From Trichoplax sp. H2 (lineage: Eukaryota): 64,000 bases of DNA. The translations under genes and the position numbers were made by a program. A model generated the notes under the pieces. It was not told the DNA's origin. It saw nothing but the letters and a program-made list of their open reading frames with translations, and did no database searches. Shown one piece after another: positions 29,764 to 41,700 of this stretch. How positions within the stretch are numbered: the stretch's first letter is position 1; every line of letters starts with the position of its first letter. The stretch lies in the NCBI GenBank assembly GCA_003344405.1, contig NOWV01000104.1, forward strand, positions 186,001 through 250,000, read 5' to 3'.

Positions 29764-32007
29764 ATGCATTGGCAAATCATATTAGCAACAATTTCCTGCC
29801 TGTACATTTGCCTATCGAAAGCCGAAAATGAAAATTTTTCGCTATTCTTTGATGAGAATTTGGATTTATTATTGCTGGATCCTAACTGCATGAAAAACTC
29901 AACTTCAAGTTATAGTTGTATTGATAGATGTAATGAAACCTATGTAAGAAGTCAAAGTTGCAATTGCGACGTTGATTGTGTAAAATATCAGGATTGCTGT
30001 TTCGATTATGCTCATTATTGTATTGACCAACGAAGTGATCTATCCTCTGTTTTGTCGTCCAATACTTCCAAGGAGTGGTTCGATTTAAATTTAAGTAAAT
30101 CAAAAAAAAAATTGCCCGTGCTTGAATGTACTGTTAAATCTGTTCTAATACTCGGATCATGTCCTGAAAACTGGCCAAATGATATTATTCGCTCTAAATG
30201 TGAAAATCCATCAATAACAAATTTTGATTATTATTCATCGGTGCCAGTCTATCAACGCTCCAGTAGCAACAATTACCGCAACTTTTATTGCGCTATCTGC
30301 AATGGGGCAGATATCAAATTATTGCAATATTGGACAACTAAAACGATTTGCAGTAATGGATCATTAGCCCGTAAATTGAAATTTATAGACTACGTTAAGC
30401 AATATTGTAAGCCATTAAACAGTATACATGATTACATGCCTCCAGATGCATCAGAATCACGATATTGCGTTGAAAGTTCACGGTGTAATGAAATTGATGC
30501 CATGAGAATTATCGGCGAAGAAACCTTACGGCAGAATATTGTTAGGAGCTGTCAAGAAGCAGCTGCGTATGTTCACTTTAAAGGAACAATTTATAAAAAT
30601 CCTTATTGTGCTCGATGTAGCAGTTATTCATTTTTAGAGTGCATGAATACTTATTATCCTGCACCTTTTATTGAACCGAGTTATAGCGATCAGAATTCAC
30701 CGTCAGGCTCTGTTATCATGTTGATCGATTTCTCGAATACAGGCCGATTTCTTTATACTGCTCAAAAAGGTAATAAAGTAGTTATTTATGCTGGCCATTG
30801 TCAACAAGGTTACTACTATGATCCATTACAAATGCGCTGCCAAGAGGTACTTTCCTATAACCGATCTAATTGGAGTGATCGCAATGATAGCGATTGTGAC
30901 GGGAATTTTCCTCAATTTTGTAATTATACACAAGGTCAAATTATTCATAATTGCTCTTCAGGCATAAGGCTCAATTCTACGCAATTTCTTGTTATTAATA
31001 CAACTCATATCCTACGATACAGCGATAATATTACTTATCCTATTCGATCAATTCATCGATCATATCTAACAAATAATGAAACTGTCATCTATATCTGTTA
31101 TAATCCTCTGCAAACTGATATTCTTCGCAAGACTATTTTTGAAATAATATCCTATAGCGGTTTTGCACTGTCTATTGGAGCATTCTTTTTTATCGTTATG
31201 ACATACTGTTTGTTCTCTGAATTACGCACACATCCAGGTAAATGCGTTATGAATTTGTCTATGGCATTTTTCTTCATGTATATTTTACTACTAATAATTA
31301 AATTGATTGAACCAATTAATATGAAAAGTCATAACCTGCAATTTATTTGTATTGGACTAGCAGCGTTAACTCATTGCTTGTATCTGAGTTGTTTTACCTG
31401 GATGAATGTATTAACTTATGATATGTATACAAGCTTTACATCAATGCGTATTAGTTTCAACAGGAATACTAAGCGTTTATTTGCTTTATATTGTGCTTAC
31501 GGATGGCTACTTCCTATAGCAGCAGTAAGCACCTTACTTATTCTAGATAGATTGAAAATTTATGATATTGGCTATGGTCTAGCTTCAACTCAATGTTGGA
31601 TACGTAACTTTTCAGCAATTCTGTTGTTTGTTGTCATTCCTATGGCTTCTTTAACTACTATTAACTGCTTACTATATCTGATGACAGTGGTAACGATTTA
31701 CAGAACTAGGCATAAGGCCAAAAAAATTGGGAAGAAGCATGGAATTGGTATTTCTGATTGTCGATTATACCTGTCCATGATAACTGTAGTCGGAGTGACG
31801 TGGTTAATTGGCATACTAGCTAATATTAAAGCAATGGCTTTAATGTGGTATCCCTATCTGATTCTGAACAATCTTCAAGGCATTTTCATGATTTTTGCTT
31901 TTATATTGAATCCGCGTGTGAGCAACTGTTACAAAAGATTATTATTTAGATGTACGAAAACGAAGGGAACTTCTATCATTCAACTAAGTAGGACTACTAA
32001 ATCTTGA
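29764..32007 (+). CDS. Intronless secretin/Methuselah-like 7TM receptor with a somatomedin-B domain and Cys-rich ectodomain
   Basis: ATG at 29764 begins a signal peptide (MHWQIILATISCLYICLS). SMB-type Cys pattern CIDRC...CNCDVDCVKYQDCCFDYAHYC. Two Y-x-N-x-Y-C-A-x-C motifs. Class B-like 7TM (ELRTHPGKC, WMNV, YGWLLP, CW, GVTW, NNLQG). Confidence 0.92.
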   Translation: MHWQIILATISCLYICLSKAENENFSLFFDENLDLLLLDPNCMKNSTSSYSCIDRCNETYVRSQSCNCDVDCVKYQDCCFDYAHYCIDQRSDLSSVLSSNTSKEWFDLNLSKSKKKLPVLECTVKSVLILGSCPENWPNDIIRSKCENPSITNFDYYSSVPVYQRSSSNNYRNFYCAICNGADIKLLQYWTTKTICSNGSLARKLKFIDYVKQYCKPLNSIHDYMPPDASESRYCVESSRCNEIDAMRIIGEETLRQNIVRSCQEAAAYVHFKGTIYKNPYCARCSSYSFLECMNTYYPAPFIEPSYSDQNSPSGSVIMLIDFSNTGRFLYTAQKGNKVVIYAGHCQQGYYYDPLQMRCQEVLSYNRSNWSDRNDSDCDGNFPQFCNYTQGQIIHNCSSGIRLNSTQFLVINTTHILRYSDNITYPIRSIHRSYLTNNETVIYICYNPLQTDILRKTIFEIISYSGFALSIGAFFFIVMTYCLFSELRTHPGKCVMNLSMAFFFMYILLLIIKLIEPINMKSHNLQFICIGLAALTHCLYLSCFTWMNVLTYDMYTSFTSMRISFNRNTKRLFALYCAYGWLLPIAAVSTLLILDRLKIYDIGYGLASTQCWIRNFSAILLFVVIPMASLTTINCLLYLMTVVTIYRTRHKAKKIGKKHGIGISDCRLYLSMITVVGVTWLIGILANIKAMALMWYPYLILNNLQGIFMIFAFILNPRVSNCYKRLLFRCTKTKGTSIIQLSRTTKS

Positions 32008-35000
32008 TTAACTTATACTTATCCATCCTGTAATCAGATTGATTAGTATCGATATAAATATTATCTATAAGTACTTCCATTCGTAGATGTGCATTACGCA
32101 ACAACAATTAGAGATAGATATCTCTGTATCAATCTATTATTAACCATACAAAAGGAAATACCTTAAAATAGCTTATAGTATGGTGGCAGGTATCGCAGTA
32201 TATATTAGATAATCCGCAATATCGAAATGGAGTATCCTTAAAATGATTTCTCATCGCTCGATAGCAACATTTTCTTATCTTGCAATTAATACTACTTTAA
32301 AATTATTTTAAGTGATTATTACATATTACTTTTCCATAGAAAAGGGTTGCTTGCGCTGACACTGCATTCAGTGTCCCGTTGAAATATATTGACGGTATGA
32401 AATACGGAAGCTAATATTCTATTATAATAATTATTTATACGAATTTATTTCAGATTTTCAGGTGTATATTTCGGACTAAATAAAATTAAAAAAAAGATAA
32501 GGCTGTATCTCTAATTCTGGATATCTGATGCAAAATAAGCACTTTGATCTCTCGGAAGTGCTGTATAATTTGCGATATAGTTACTTTCTCTTTTAATTTG
32601 TTTGTTTCAAAGATATCTAAATTTTATTAGTGCAATTAACGAGCCATCAAATTAGTATTGCAAGATATCGTAGCACTTAATATAAAGCTATTTTTCAGGT
32701 CAAATTATAACAATGGCAAATAAAGCATCAAAATTTCATTATAATTAATTTTAATTAAATATACAGTATCATTTTTAGTTAAGAGGACTACCTACTGTAC
32801 TATACATGCTTGTTAAGATCGAAAGTAAAAACTTTAGCTAGATAATGTTGCTATCGTACTATTGTTCAGTCATAAATTATGTTGTTATAGGTAGTAGAGG
32901 CTTCAATGTACTGCCAGGTGCAACATCTGTTGACTGCTCTACTTCCCTATTATTAACTGATTAAAAATTAATTAAGTAAATCATAATGTACGAGTATAAC
33001 AATTTTGTTACTGTTCTCGTACAAATAAATCTATCTTTCTACCATAATATTACCAGTAAATTCTTTAAAATTTATGGCGAATTGATAGCCAATGGATGAG
33101 TATGTTGCTTAAAGGAATTCCTAGGTGATTACGTAAAATTCTTCTAGTATAGCTGCTTTAACGGATATTTTTAAGCTGCTGCAATGATGCAACTACTATT
33201 GAGATTAATTAAAGTGCGTTTGATTGCTGTAATAATTATATTATTACTGATACCGATTTTAAACGAAATGTGCTTATTACTTCTTTTCAGTCAGATATAA
33301 GTCGAATAAGCCGAACTTTTTTCAAGAAATTTAAATACCTACCTTACATTGTCTTTGTAAACTATTTAAGATATTGTCTGCATAACTTATAAATCGTATT
33401 ATACCGTCTTATTTTTCATACAGCTGAGAAAACTTTTATGCGAGTCCGAATTTTAATAATTTTATTTGTTATTTTCTTGATGTTGTATCATTTTGTTCTC
33501 CTCTTAATATAAAAAGTTAATACAACACGTTTATACTGTAGCGTAGCATTTTTCATTAGCGATTTATGGACTTGTGTTTATTGCACTTTTAGAGAAAATA
33601 TACTGCCGGTAGTATTTATCTCCATAGCTAAAAATTTCGACTTGGCTTATTAGATAAAATACCGATACCGCGACAATCATTTAGTAATATAAGCGTATGT
33701 TATTTCAGGTAGCAGCTATAAATATCAAATAATTAATGTATCATGCAATTTTTTTTCTTGACTGTTATTATTGATCAATAAAGATATCGTAGCGAAGATG
33801 AGTTTGAAGGTTTAGTCATCTGTTTTCATTAATTTATTGCAAAGGTGTATGATAATCAAGCGGCATCAAGCTATATATTATATTAATAAAGATTTAGAAG
33901 CTTTCTAGATATTTCCGTTTATATCTAGATTTGAGTTAAGGTTCATAGAAATTCTTATTCATGTTAAGCACGAACAGATTATTCATTGTTATATGCAGCA
34001 AGTACCGTAATTTGGTTGATACGTATACTGAATCTGACGCAGTTCCGGAGTCTATCAAAACCGTTCTAGTGATACATTACTAATTAAGTAGACTAATTTA
34101 TTTCTGATATTAGATTATTGTTCATTAGCTATACCAGAATAACCTTACTTCAAGCTTAAGATTAATTTAGTTACTAAATTTTTTCATTAAGACCTCCAAA
34201 CAACAGCAAAAGCAAATATTACCGAGAAGAGTAATATAGGCTGGGTTTTCGCCGCCCACATGAACGTATCATAATATAGTATTTGCTTTACCGTTTACTA
34301 CGTGAATTCTGCAAAGCTCCTAGACCGATAAATCAAACGGTGTTGTTTGATATCGTTAGAGCTGTTTTCTTTGTGAACAAGCAATAATGATTATGCTATC
34401 TAGCTCTTTTAGCAGTATCGATAATTATCTCTTGTCGGAAATTCTTTAAAATTTTTACAATATTGTCTTTACTTTTTATAACAATTCCGACGTCATAATA
34501 CATAATAATGAAAGGATATCTGAATTGACTGGTTTCGTAAATAAGAAAACTTAAATACAAGAAAATACATTATGATCCATTGGGATTACTGATAAATAAG
34601 ATATCTATAAAACTGCTGTTTTACGTTGTATTGGAGGCAGAAGTATCCCATATCGGTACTTTTCTACAGCATTAGCGAATATGATTTAGATTAGCATTTA
34701 CAGCATTTATCATTTCAAGAAACTGGGTTGAATTGACGGTAGTTTCGTTTGGTTTCTACTTATTGATAATTACATCTTTACATGCCTTGCCTGATAGCAA
34801 AGTCAGCAGATAAAGTGTACGAAGTAGCTCATGTGTTCAATAATGTATAACTGTTACTTAACTCAACTTGCCTAATCTAAACTAATTAGATTACCCTAGA
34901 TAAGTAACAATAACTGAGAAATGTACTTTCGGAATCTTCTAAGTATATCTTTATTCTACAAAATACAAATCTAATTTAATATTCAAAATCAATCATTTAG

Positions 35001-35369
35001 TTAGCTTTTTTGGCCATAAAACCGGTTTACGATGTGCGATATATTTCGACCAATAAGGCATCGTGAATACTTTAAATTATTCCTAGTCTAATCCAATGAA
35101 TTTGTAATATTACTATAGATTAACTTTTTGTTTACCCTAGCTTATAATTAACAAGGATTCATATTGAATTTACCATAGACAATTCATATACCATATTTAG
35201 TATAATTTAACCTGTATTAGGAACAGGTTTGTATCGGCTATATTAAGTCATAAAATAATTCATGCACATATCCAAATTAATAACTATCTTCACGTGATAC
35301 ATTTACATGTCTAAATTAAGTAAGATATCATTCATTACGGTAGATTCACTACCATGACAATAACACTGA

Positions 35370-36250
35370 CACTATAGACGATATTATAATATATATTTGT
35401 ATTGGCAAACGACATAAAATACCTTTACTCAGAACTATATTCAAAATAGCATCTTATTCAGGGTATTCTATATCGATTGGGGGATTTGCATTTATCTTCA
35501 TTACTTATTGCTTACTTCCCGAATTACGAAAATGTCTAGGTAAATGTGTCCTAAGCTTATCGTTCTCCTTTTTCTTCATGTATATCTTATTAATTGCTAC
35601 AGAAATAGTGAAACCATTAAATTTAAAAAAATAATGTTTTACTGACTATCTGTATCGCTGTCGCAGTAATAACTCATTGTTAAATTTGAATTGCTTTGCT
35701 TGGATGAATGTATTAACATACGATATGTATATCAGTTTTAGTAAGTTTCGTATTACATCTCAAAGTAAAGGAACAATTATAAGATACTGTATTTATGATT
35801 GGCTTCTACTAGTGACTGTAAAGGTAATATTAGTAATATTAGATAGACTTGATACTGTAAGAACTGATTATGGCCAAGCAGAATCTCGATGTTGGATTGG
35901 TAATTCTTCGATAATCCTATACGTTGTTGTTATTCAAAAACGTATTATAGCTTTGATAAATTGTTTCTTATACATTACGGAAGTTGTTAATATTTATCGA
36001 ACACGTACAAAGGCCAATAAGTTAGGTGAAAGGCATGATGGCAGTATTTCCGATTGTAAACTTTATTTATCTATGATAATAGTTGTTGGAGTTACATGAT
36101 CTATTGATATGGTAGCTAATATTAAAGTTATGGTCTATATGTGCTATTTAACTCGATATTGAACAATTTACAGGGCATAGTTATAGCATTGGCATTTTTA
36201 TGTAATTGACGAGTGAGTAATAGTCATCGCAAGTTAATACATGAAATTAT
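35370..36250 (+). pseudogene. Decayed tandem paralogue of the upstream SMB-7TM receptor
   Basis: From 35431 it reads RTIFKIASYSG...TYCLLPELRKCLGKC, then a stop and frameshift near 35632. WMNVLTYDMY is identical to the parent. GVTW has become GVT-stop at 36097-36099, and a further stop occurs at the NPRV position. The 5' boundary is uncertain. Confidence 0.88.
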
Positions 36251-38299
36251 AGGCATAAATTCCACCCTGAATGTCATAGAATTTGGTAGTTTAACAAAAT
36301 CAACTTCTCTCGCAATAGTCCAAAAAACCTTTTCATGAATATTGAAGTATCATTGTCTTAGAAAGCTGAGAAGAATATTAAAAGGAAATCTGATATTTAA
36401 TACTTTGGGGGATTGCCGTATGGAGACTTTTACGAAGTAACTAATAACAGATCACATTAATCAATAAAATGTTATAATTAAGTGAGATAGAAACTGTTGA
36501 TGTTCAGATATATTTTACGCCTACCAATTTAAGCGGAAATTATATGGTGATTCGCTTTTAGGAATTGCAATCACTAAGATAAGTTAAATTTAGTTATAAT
36601 ATTTACAATAAAATTACTATAAGCACCGTTCATTTACGTAGTCATAATATCAATACTCTGTCTATTTTAAAATTAGTACTATGGTAAAATATGAAAATAT
36701 ACGGTACGTTATGTTACATTATCGCATTCGAAGCTGATTTTAATAAACTTGAGATATCACTCCTGGTATCATATTCTTTAGCTCATAAAATATTTCCTCT
36801 ATTGTTCGTATATTATTATTACTAAAGCAGATGTCTATAATGATAAACTAATTTAATCGCCAGAGCTATGACTTTCAAAAAACAATTTATCTCGTTGCCT
36901 TAGTCACAAGGAAGTTATCAGAAATGATTACAATGCTAGTAGAACTAATAATATTAATGATGTTAATGACTATTATAGGTTTTCAGATGAAGAATTTTAT
37001 AGCATTATCTACAGGCAGTTTAGGGTACTCGTATCAAATAATTACTGTCGAAATTAATTGAAAATCAACATTAGCAAAGTCGACTATAAGCTTAACTAAT
37101 TCTACGCTGCTTCATTTATCTCAATAAATATTGGATTAGATATACGAAAAATCCGACATTTATTTTGCATCGTAGCCATCTTTTTGTTAGTCTGAAGTAT
37201 ATAATTTCGCTAGGGGTATTATTGCACTTTTATTTATGCCAAGAACAACGGAACATTCCATTTCAATCTACTGTCCTTTTCTTAGAGGTTCTATTTTCAT
37301 ATTAGTAGCGGAAAGGTAGCTTTTTGTTAATAAATTTTTGATTTTATAGCCGAAAATTGATTATCTTATACGTCGATTAAAGAACCGAACGAAATTTTAT
37401 CCCGAGCACGAACTGAATATTTGGCAATTACATAGATTTTACAATAAGAAGACGAAAATCCGAATAACTGTAACTGTAGATATGTTTATTACACCCCAAC
37501 GAATTTTATGCTAAATAGACTATACGAGAACTTGCTTAGAGTTTAGGGTATACAAACTGTATATTGTCCCTGTTTAATAATGCAAGATTAAGATCGCTAT
37601 TTTATTTATTCATACTTTAAATATGTATCGTGCAGTGTATCAAGTACACGTAGAATTTAGTAATCAAAAACCTAGAATTGACTCGTGATGCCACGGATTT
37701 AACCAGCCTTTCATTTCGAAACATTAATAATAATACTTTGATTTTTTCCAGTAAGGGATAAATGATTAAAAAATAAGTCTTAAAATATAAAATATTTATC
37801 CTTCGTAATAATTTCAAAACTTCCGAACAATACATAAGCTTACAATTAGAAGAAATTGATTTTGGATTTAAGTGAAAATGATAGTAAACCATGTTAAGGC
37901 TAATCTCAATTAGCTACTTTATTTTAATATCTTTAAAGGAATGATTCTTAGTAATCATCCTGAAAACAAAATTATTCTGCTGAAATAGTTACCGTATCCC
38001 AGATATACGAGTGTAGAATGTAAAAATTAAAAAAATTTTCCCAAAATTTAAGACGTAGGTTGTTTATAAATCAGACTTGCTGCAACACTAAACTGACGCG
38101 TATTGTGTTTTAATTGATAACCGCTAATGTAATGAAGTAAGGGTGTGCGATGTAAAAATGCCTAAATAACTATTAGACGCATATAATTTATAATCTATCA
38201 AATTTCTCATTGTCCATGATTTTATAGCAATTATTACAGTCAAATTTATGGAGAATTTTATTTGATGGCTATCTGCTACTGTAATTTCAAAGTATTTAT

Positions 38300-38751
38300 T
38301 TAACTAGTGGCTGGTAGAACATTTTGTCCGAACAGGCCAACAAAATTACCACGTGGAGAATAATGAGCTACTAAATAGACGTTATTTCCAATAATGCTTC
38401 GGCCGCAACCTATGTGTGTAGTAGATTTCCATATCAGTTGTGTAAAATGTTTTGCTGCAGAAATGAATGAAGGCGACGAAAAATCATAGTTAGCGACCTC
38501 GCTATACCATATGCCAACCATTTGTGTAACATTAGCGGTAGAAGGATTGGCAAAATCTCCGTGATAGAGATTTTCGCCGTGAACAGTATCACTTGGATAC
38601 ATACTGCCTGTAGCTATAAGTTGATTTGCCCAAATTTCTGCAGATATTTGGAGCGGAGTTAACCATTGAAGGTCTGGAACACCATGTATGCGACGTAATC
38701 GGTTGTGCTCGTTCAAGCAGTCTTGCTGATAGGGTAGTAAATTTATTGGAG
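38300..38751 (-). CDS. CAP/SCP (GAPR-1/GLIPR2-like) domain, terminal exon
   Basis: Motifs HNRLR, GENL, WYSE, HFTQLIW, IGCG, YSPRGN. The exon begins at a phase-1 acceptor (tttatag|) with no ATG ahead of the domain and ends in TAA. Confidence 0.92.
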
Positions 38752-41700
38752 CTATAAATTTTGGAATTGAAATGTGTTATGTAGGTTGGGTAACAAAGTA
38801 ACTTTATTACATTCAGATAATATATCTATAGCGAAATTTTAATCAATCTATTTAATTATTTACCTGAGGCGATAGTATCTATTCGTAATTGAAGCGTTTA
38901 CATATGATAAAATTTGATAAAAGATTTTCTTATTAGAATTCAACTAATTCAAGCAACGGCTTCCAAACATAATGATTTAGTTTACTTTGTAGAGCGTCTA
39001 ATGTATATTAAAAAACTGTTTTGAAATACCTGTAGTATAATATGAAGCATTAAATCCACGACCTTGGTTGTAGTTGTCGGAATGAAAAACGATTAATAAG
39101 CGATTTGAGGAGGACGTTATTGAGGAAGGAATGTAAGTATCACATAAAGACTTTAGTAGTAGACTTTGAGCAGTTTCTCCATCGTAAACATTTATCCAGT
39201 CTTTGGAACAATTGGACGTAGTTGACGCTTGGATTTCCATAAAGTTCCATACTAATGTAATAACATGATTAGCTGGAGCTCTGATGAGGTATTGACAATC
39301 GATATTCAGTGGGTATAGACCAGGATAGTTAGGACTCATAATAATCCCTGCAGAGGAGTTATAGTCCGCATTGCAGATATCCACTGACACAGCTGTTACA
39401 CGTGATAGCACAAACCAGAAGTAAATACCGGGGAAATTAAAAATATCAGTTACTATATAACGTAATCGTAGGTAAATTGAGAATGAGATAGAATTATATG
39501 TTGTATATTTTCAGAATTAAGTACCGATACTACAGTATTTACAGTATTAGTACTCCGATTTATTTGCAACAGATCCATCAATGCAAAGCCGTAATGATAT
39601 TATTAATATGACATATTCCAAGTTAGATATTCTATCAGTTAGCCGTTCATTTAGCAGAAGCCTAGATATCAGCCTATAACTAGTCTATTTGAAAAGTACT
39701 TACTCTCGTATCGGAAATGAAATCCTTTCATTTCTGTATCCCCATCGGTCGTGAATTCAAAGGTAAGAACAGATCTTGACGATAGGATAGAAGGAGGGAA
39801 TTTTTTACCGCATGCTTTCAGTAGTCGTGCAGCACTCATATGACTGTCATCATATATTGAAACGAAGTCGTACATACAACCATTGGAAGGTTCTAACTCG
39901 AAATCTATCCAATTAATTTTTAGGCGTTGATTTGATGAAGTAAATATTTTAAATACGCAAAAGCTGAAGGTAGAATATTTTAACGGATATCCTGGACTTT
40001 TTATTTCCCCAGATGTTTGATGAATATTGGTTCCGCAAATAGCAGATGATGCAGTTGGAACTAGCGTCGGATCAGAAGTAACAGGAACTGTTAAAAAAAT
40101 ATGAATCAAAGGCGTTGAAGATTTTAGTCCAGTTGCAAATACGTACAGAAGTAAAAATTAGTGTCATTTATGCCTATAAATCACGCCATGAATAAAATAA
40201 GAATCACATATTAGCACAGATGTGGTAATCTTCTAAAGTGAATGCATGCAAATAACCATTCTCTATACTATTGTTCATATTTCATTCTTGATAGCAGCTT
40301 TTAAATGCAATTTTAACATTTCTATGTTTTTCTTATAACCTTTTGTCACATTGTAGCAATTTACCTCCCACATAATTTGCTAGAAAACCTTTTCTGGTTT
40401 CACTTTCATCGGTATGAAACTGTAAGATAAGAGTATTTTCTGTTGATGCTATTGCATTTGGAGGGGGTGTTCGTTCGCAAAATCTGCCCAATTTTGTCTG
40501 ATTACTATGACCAACAACATCATATATAGTCAGACTATCGAATCCACATTGATAATCATCTTCGATAGCAAAATCTTGCCATGTTAAATTTATTTTGTAA
40601 TTCGATGGAAGTTGAATTGTCATGTTACAATCTAATAAATTATCGTAATTGGATGGATAATTTTTACTGGCAATAGCGCCACTAATTGATGTAAATATTC
40701 TATTGCAGTAACCTATAACGATACAATAATTTCGTATTATTTCATCTGACATAATTGTGATTAGTATAAAATACGAAAAACTTACTTGCTGTCGTTAATG
40801 TTTCACAATTAATTCCAGAAAAATTAGGAATACAATGACAAGTGTAGCCGGTGGTATAATTATACTCACAGGTACCGCCATTTTGACATGGATTTGAATT
40901 ACACGGAGGTGATACTGTTTATACAATAAGAATTGAAATCAGAAAGTTCAAATTTGGCATTGAATTTCAGAAATTAAATAGCAGTGAAATTAAAAAGAGT
41001 AGTATCATTGAGAGCGTTTGAAATTTTTAAGAGCATGTATACTTGCTACGGTCATCACGGGAAATGGTCAATCACGGAAATTATATTTAAATCTTCAGTT
41101 TTTATTATTTTTATATCATCCTATATGGTGAAAAGTTTCACTTCAAATGATATAACTTCCATTTGCATCTTTAGCTACTCTAAAGTAATATGAAAGATAT
41201 CCAAAATAATGACTAGTATACGTGCAAGCTTACATTTATCGTAAATCTGTAATTTGACAGGCAAAACGTGTTGTTCAAGACACAAAACTTCTAATCCATA
41301 AGATCGATTCATATAGGATTGATGCAATACGCTAATTCTATACTAAGGCATAAAAACTTAAATCTTAATGGCCTTAAAGAAGACAATGCATATGAAAGTC
41401 ACATTATTTAAGGTGGGATTTTTCATCGTATAAGTTGATGTAAAAAGCATAAGCAGCTAAAAATTCAAATATGATTTCCGTGATTGACCGTAACATATGC
41501 GATTACATATTCATTACCTTAAAACTTTGGGGTTTGGACTAGAAAGTAACTTTATTGATTGATATTTTCTTACCAGTTGAATAATGGAGCTCAAAACCTT
41601 TTGCAGTTACTGATGTATCGGACAAGAACGAAACGATAACTTGATTAGACATGGAATATTGAAAACTAGGTAAAGCAGTTCCGCAAAGGGGAGGAAAAGT

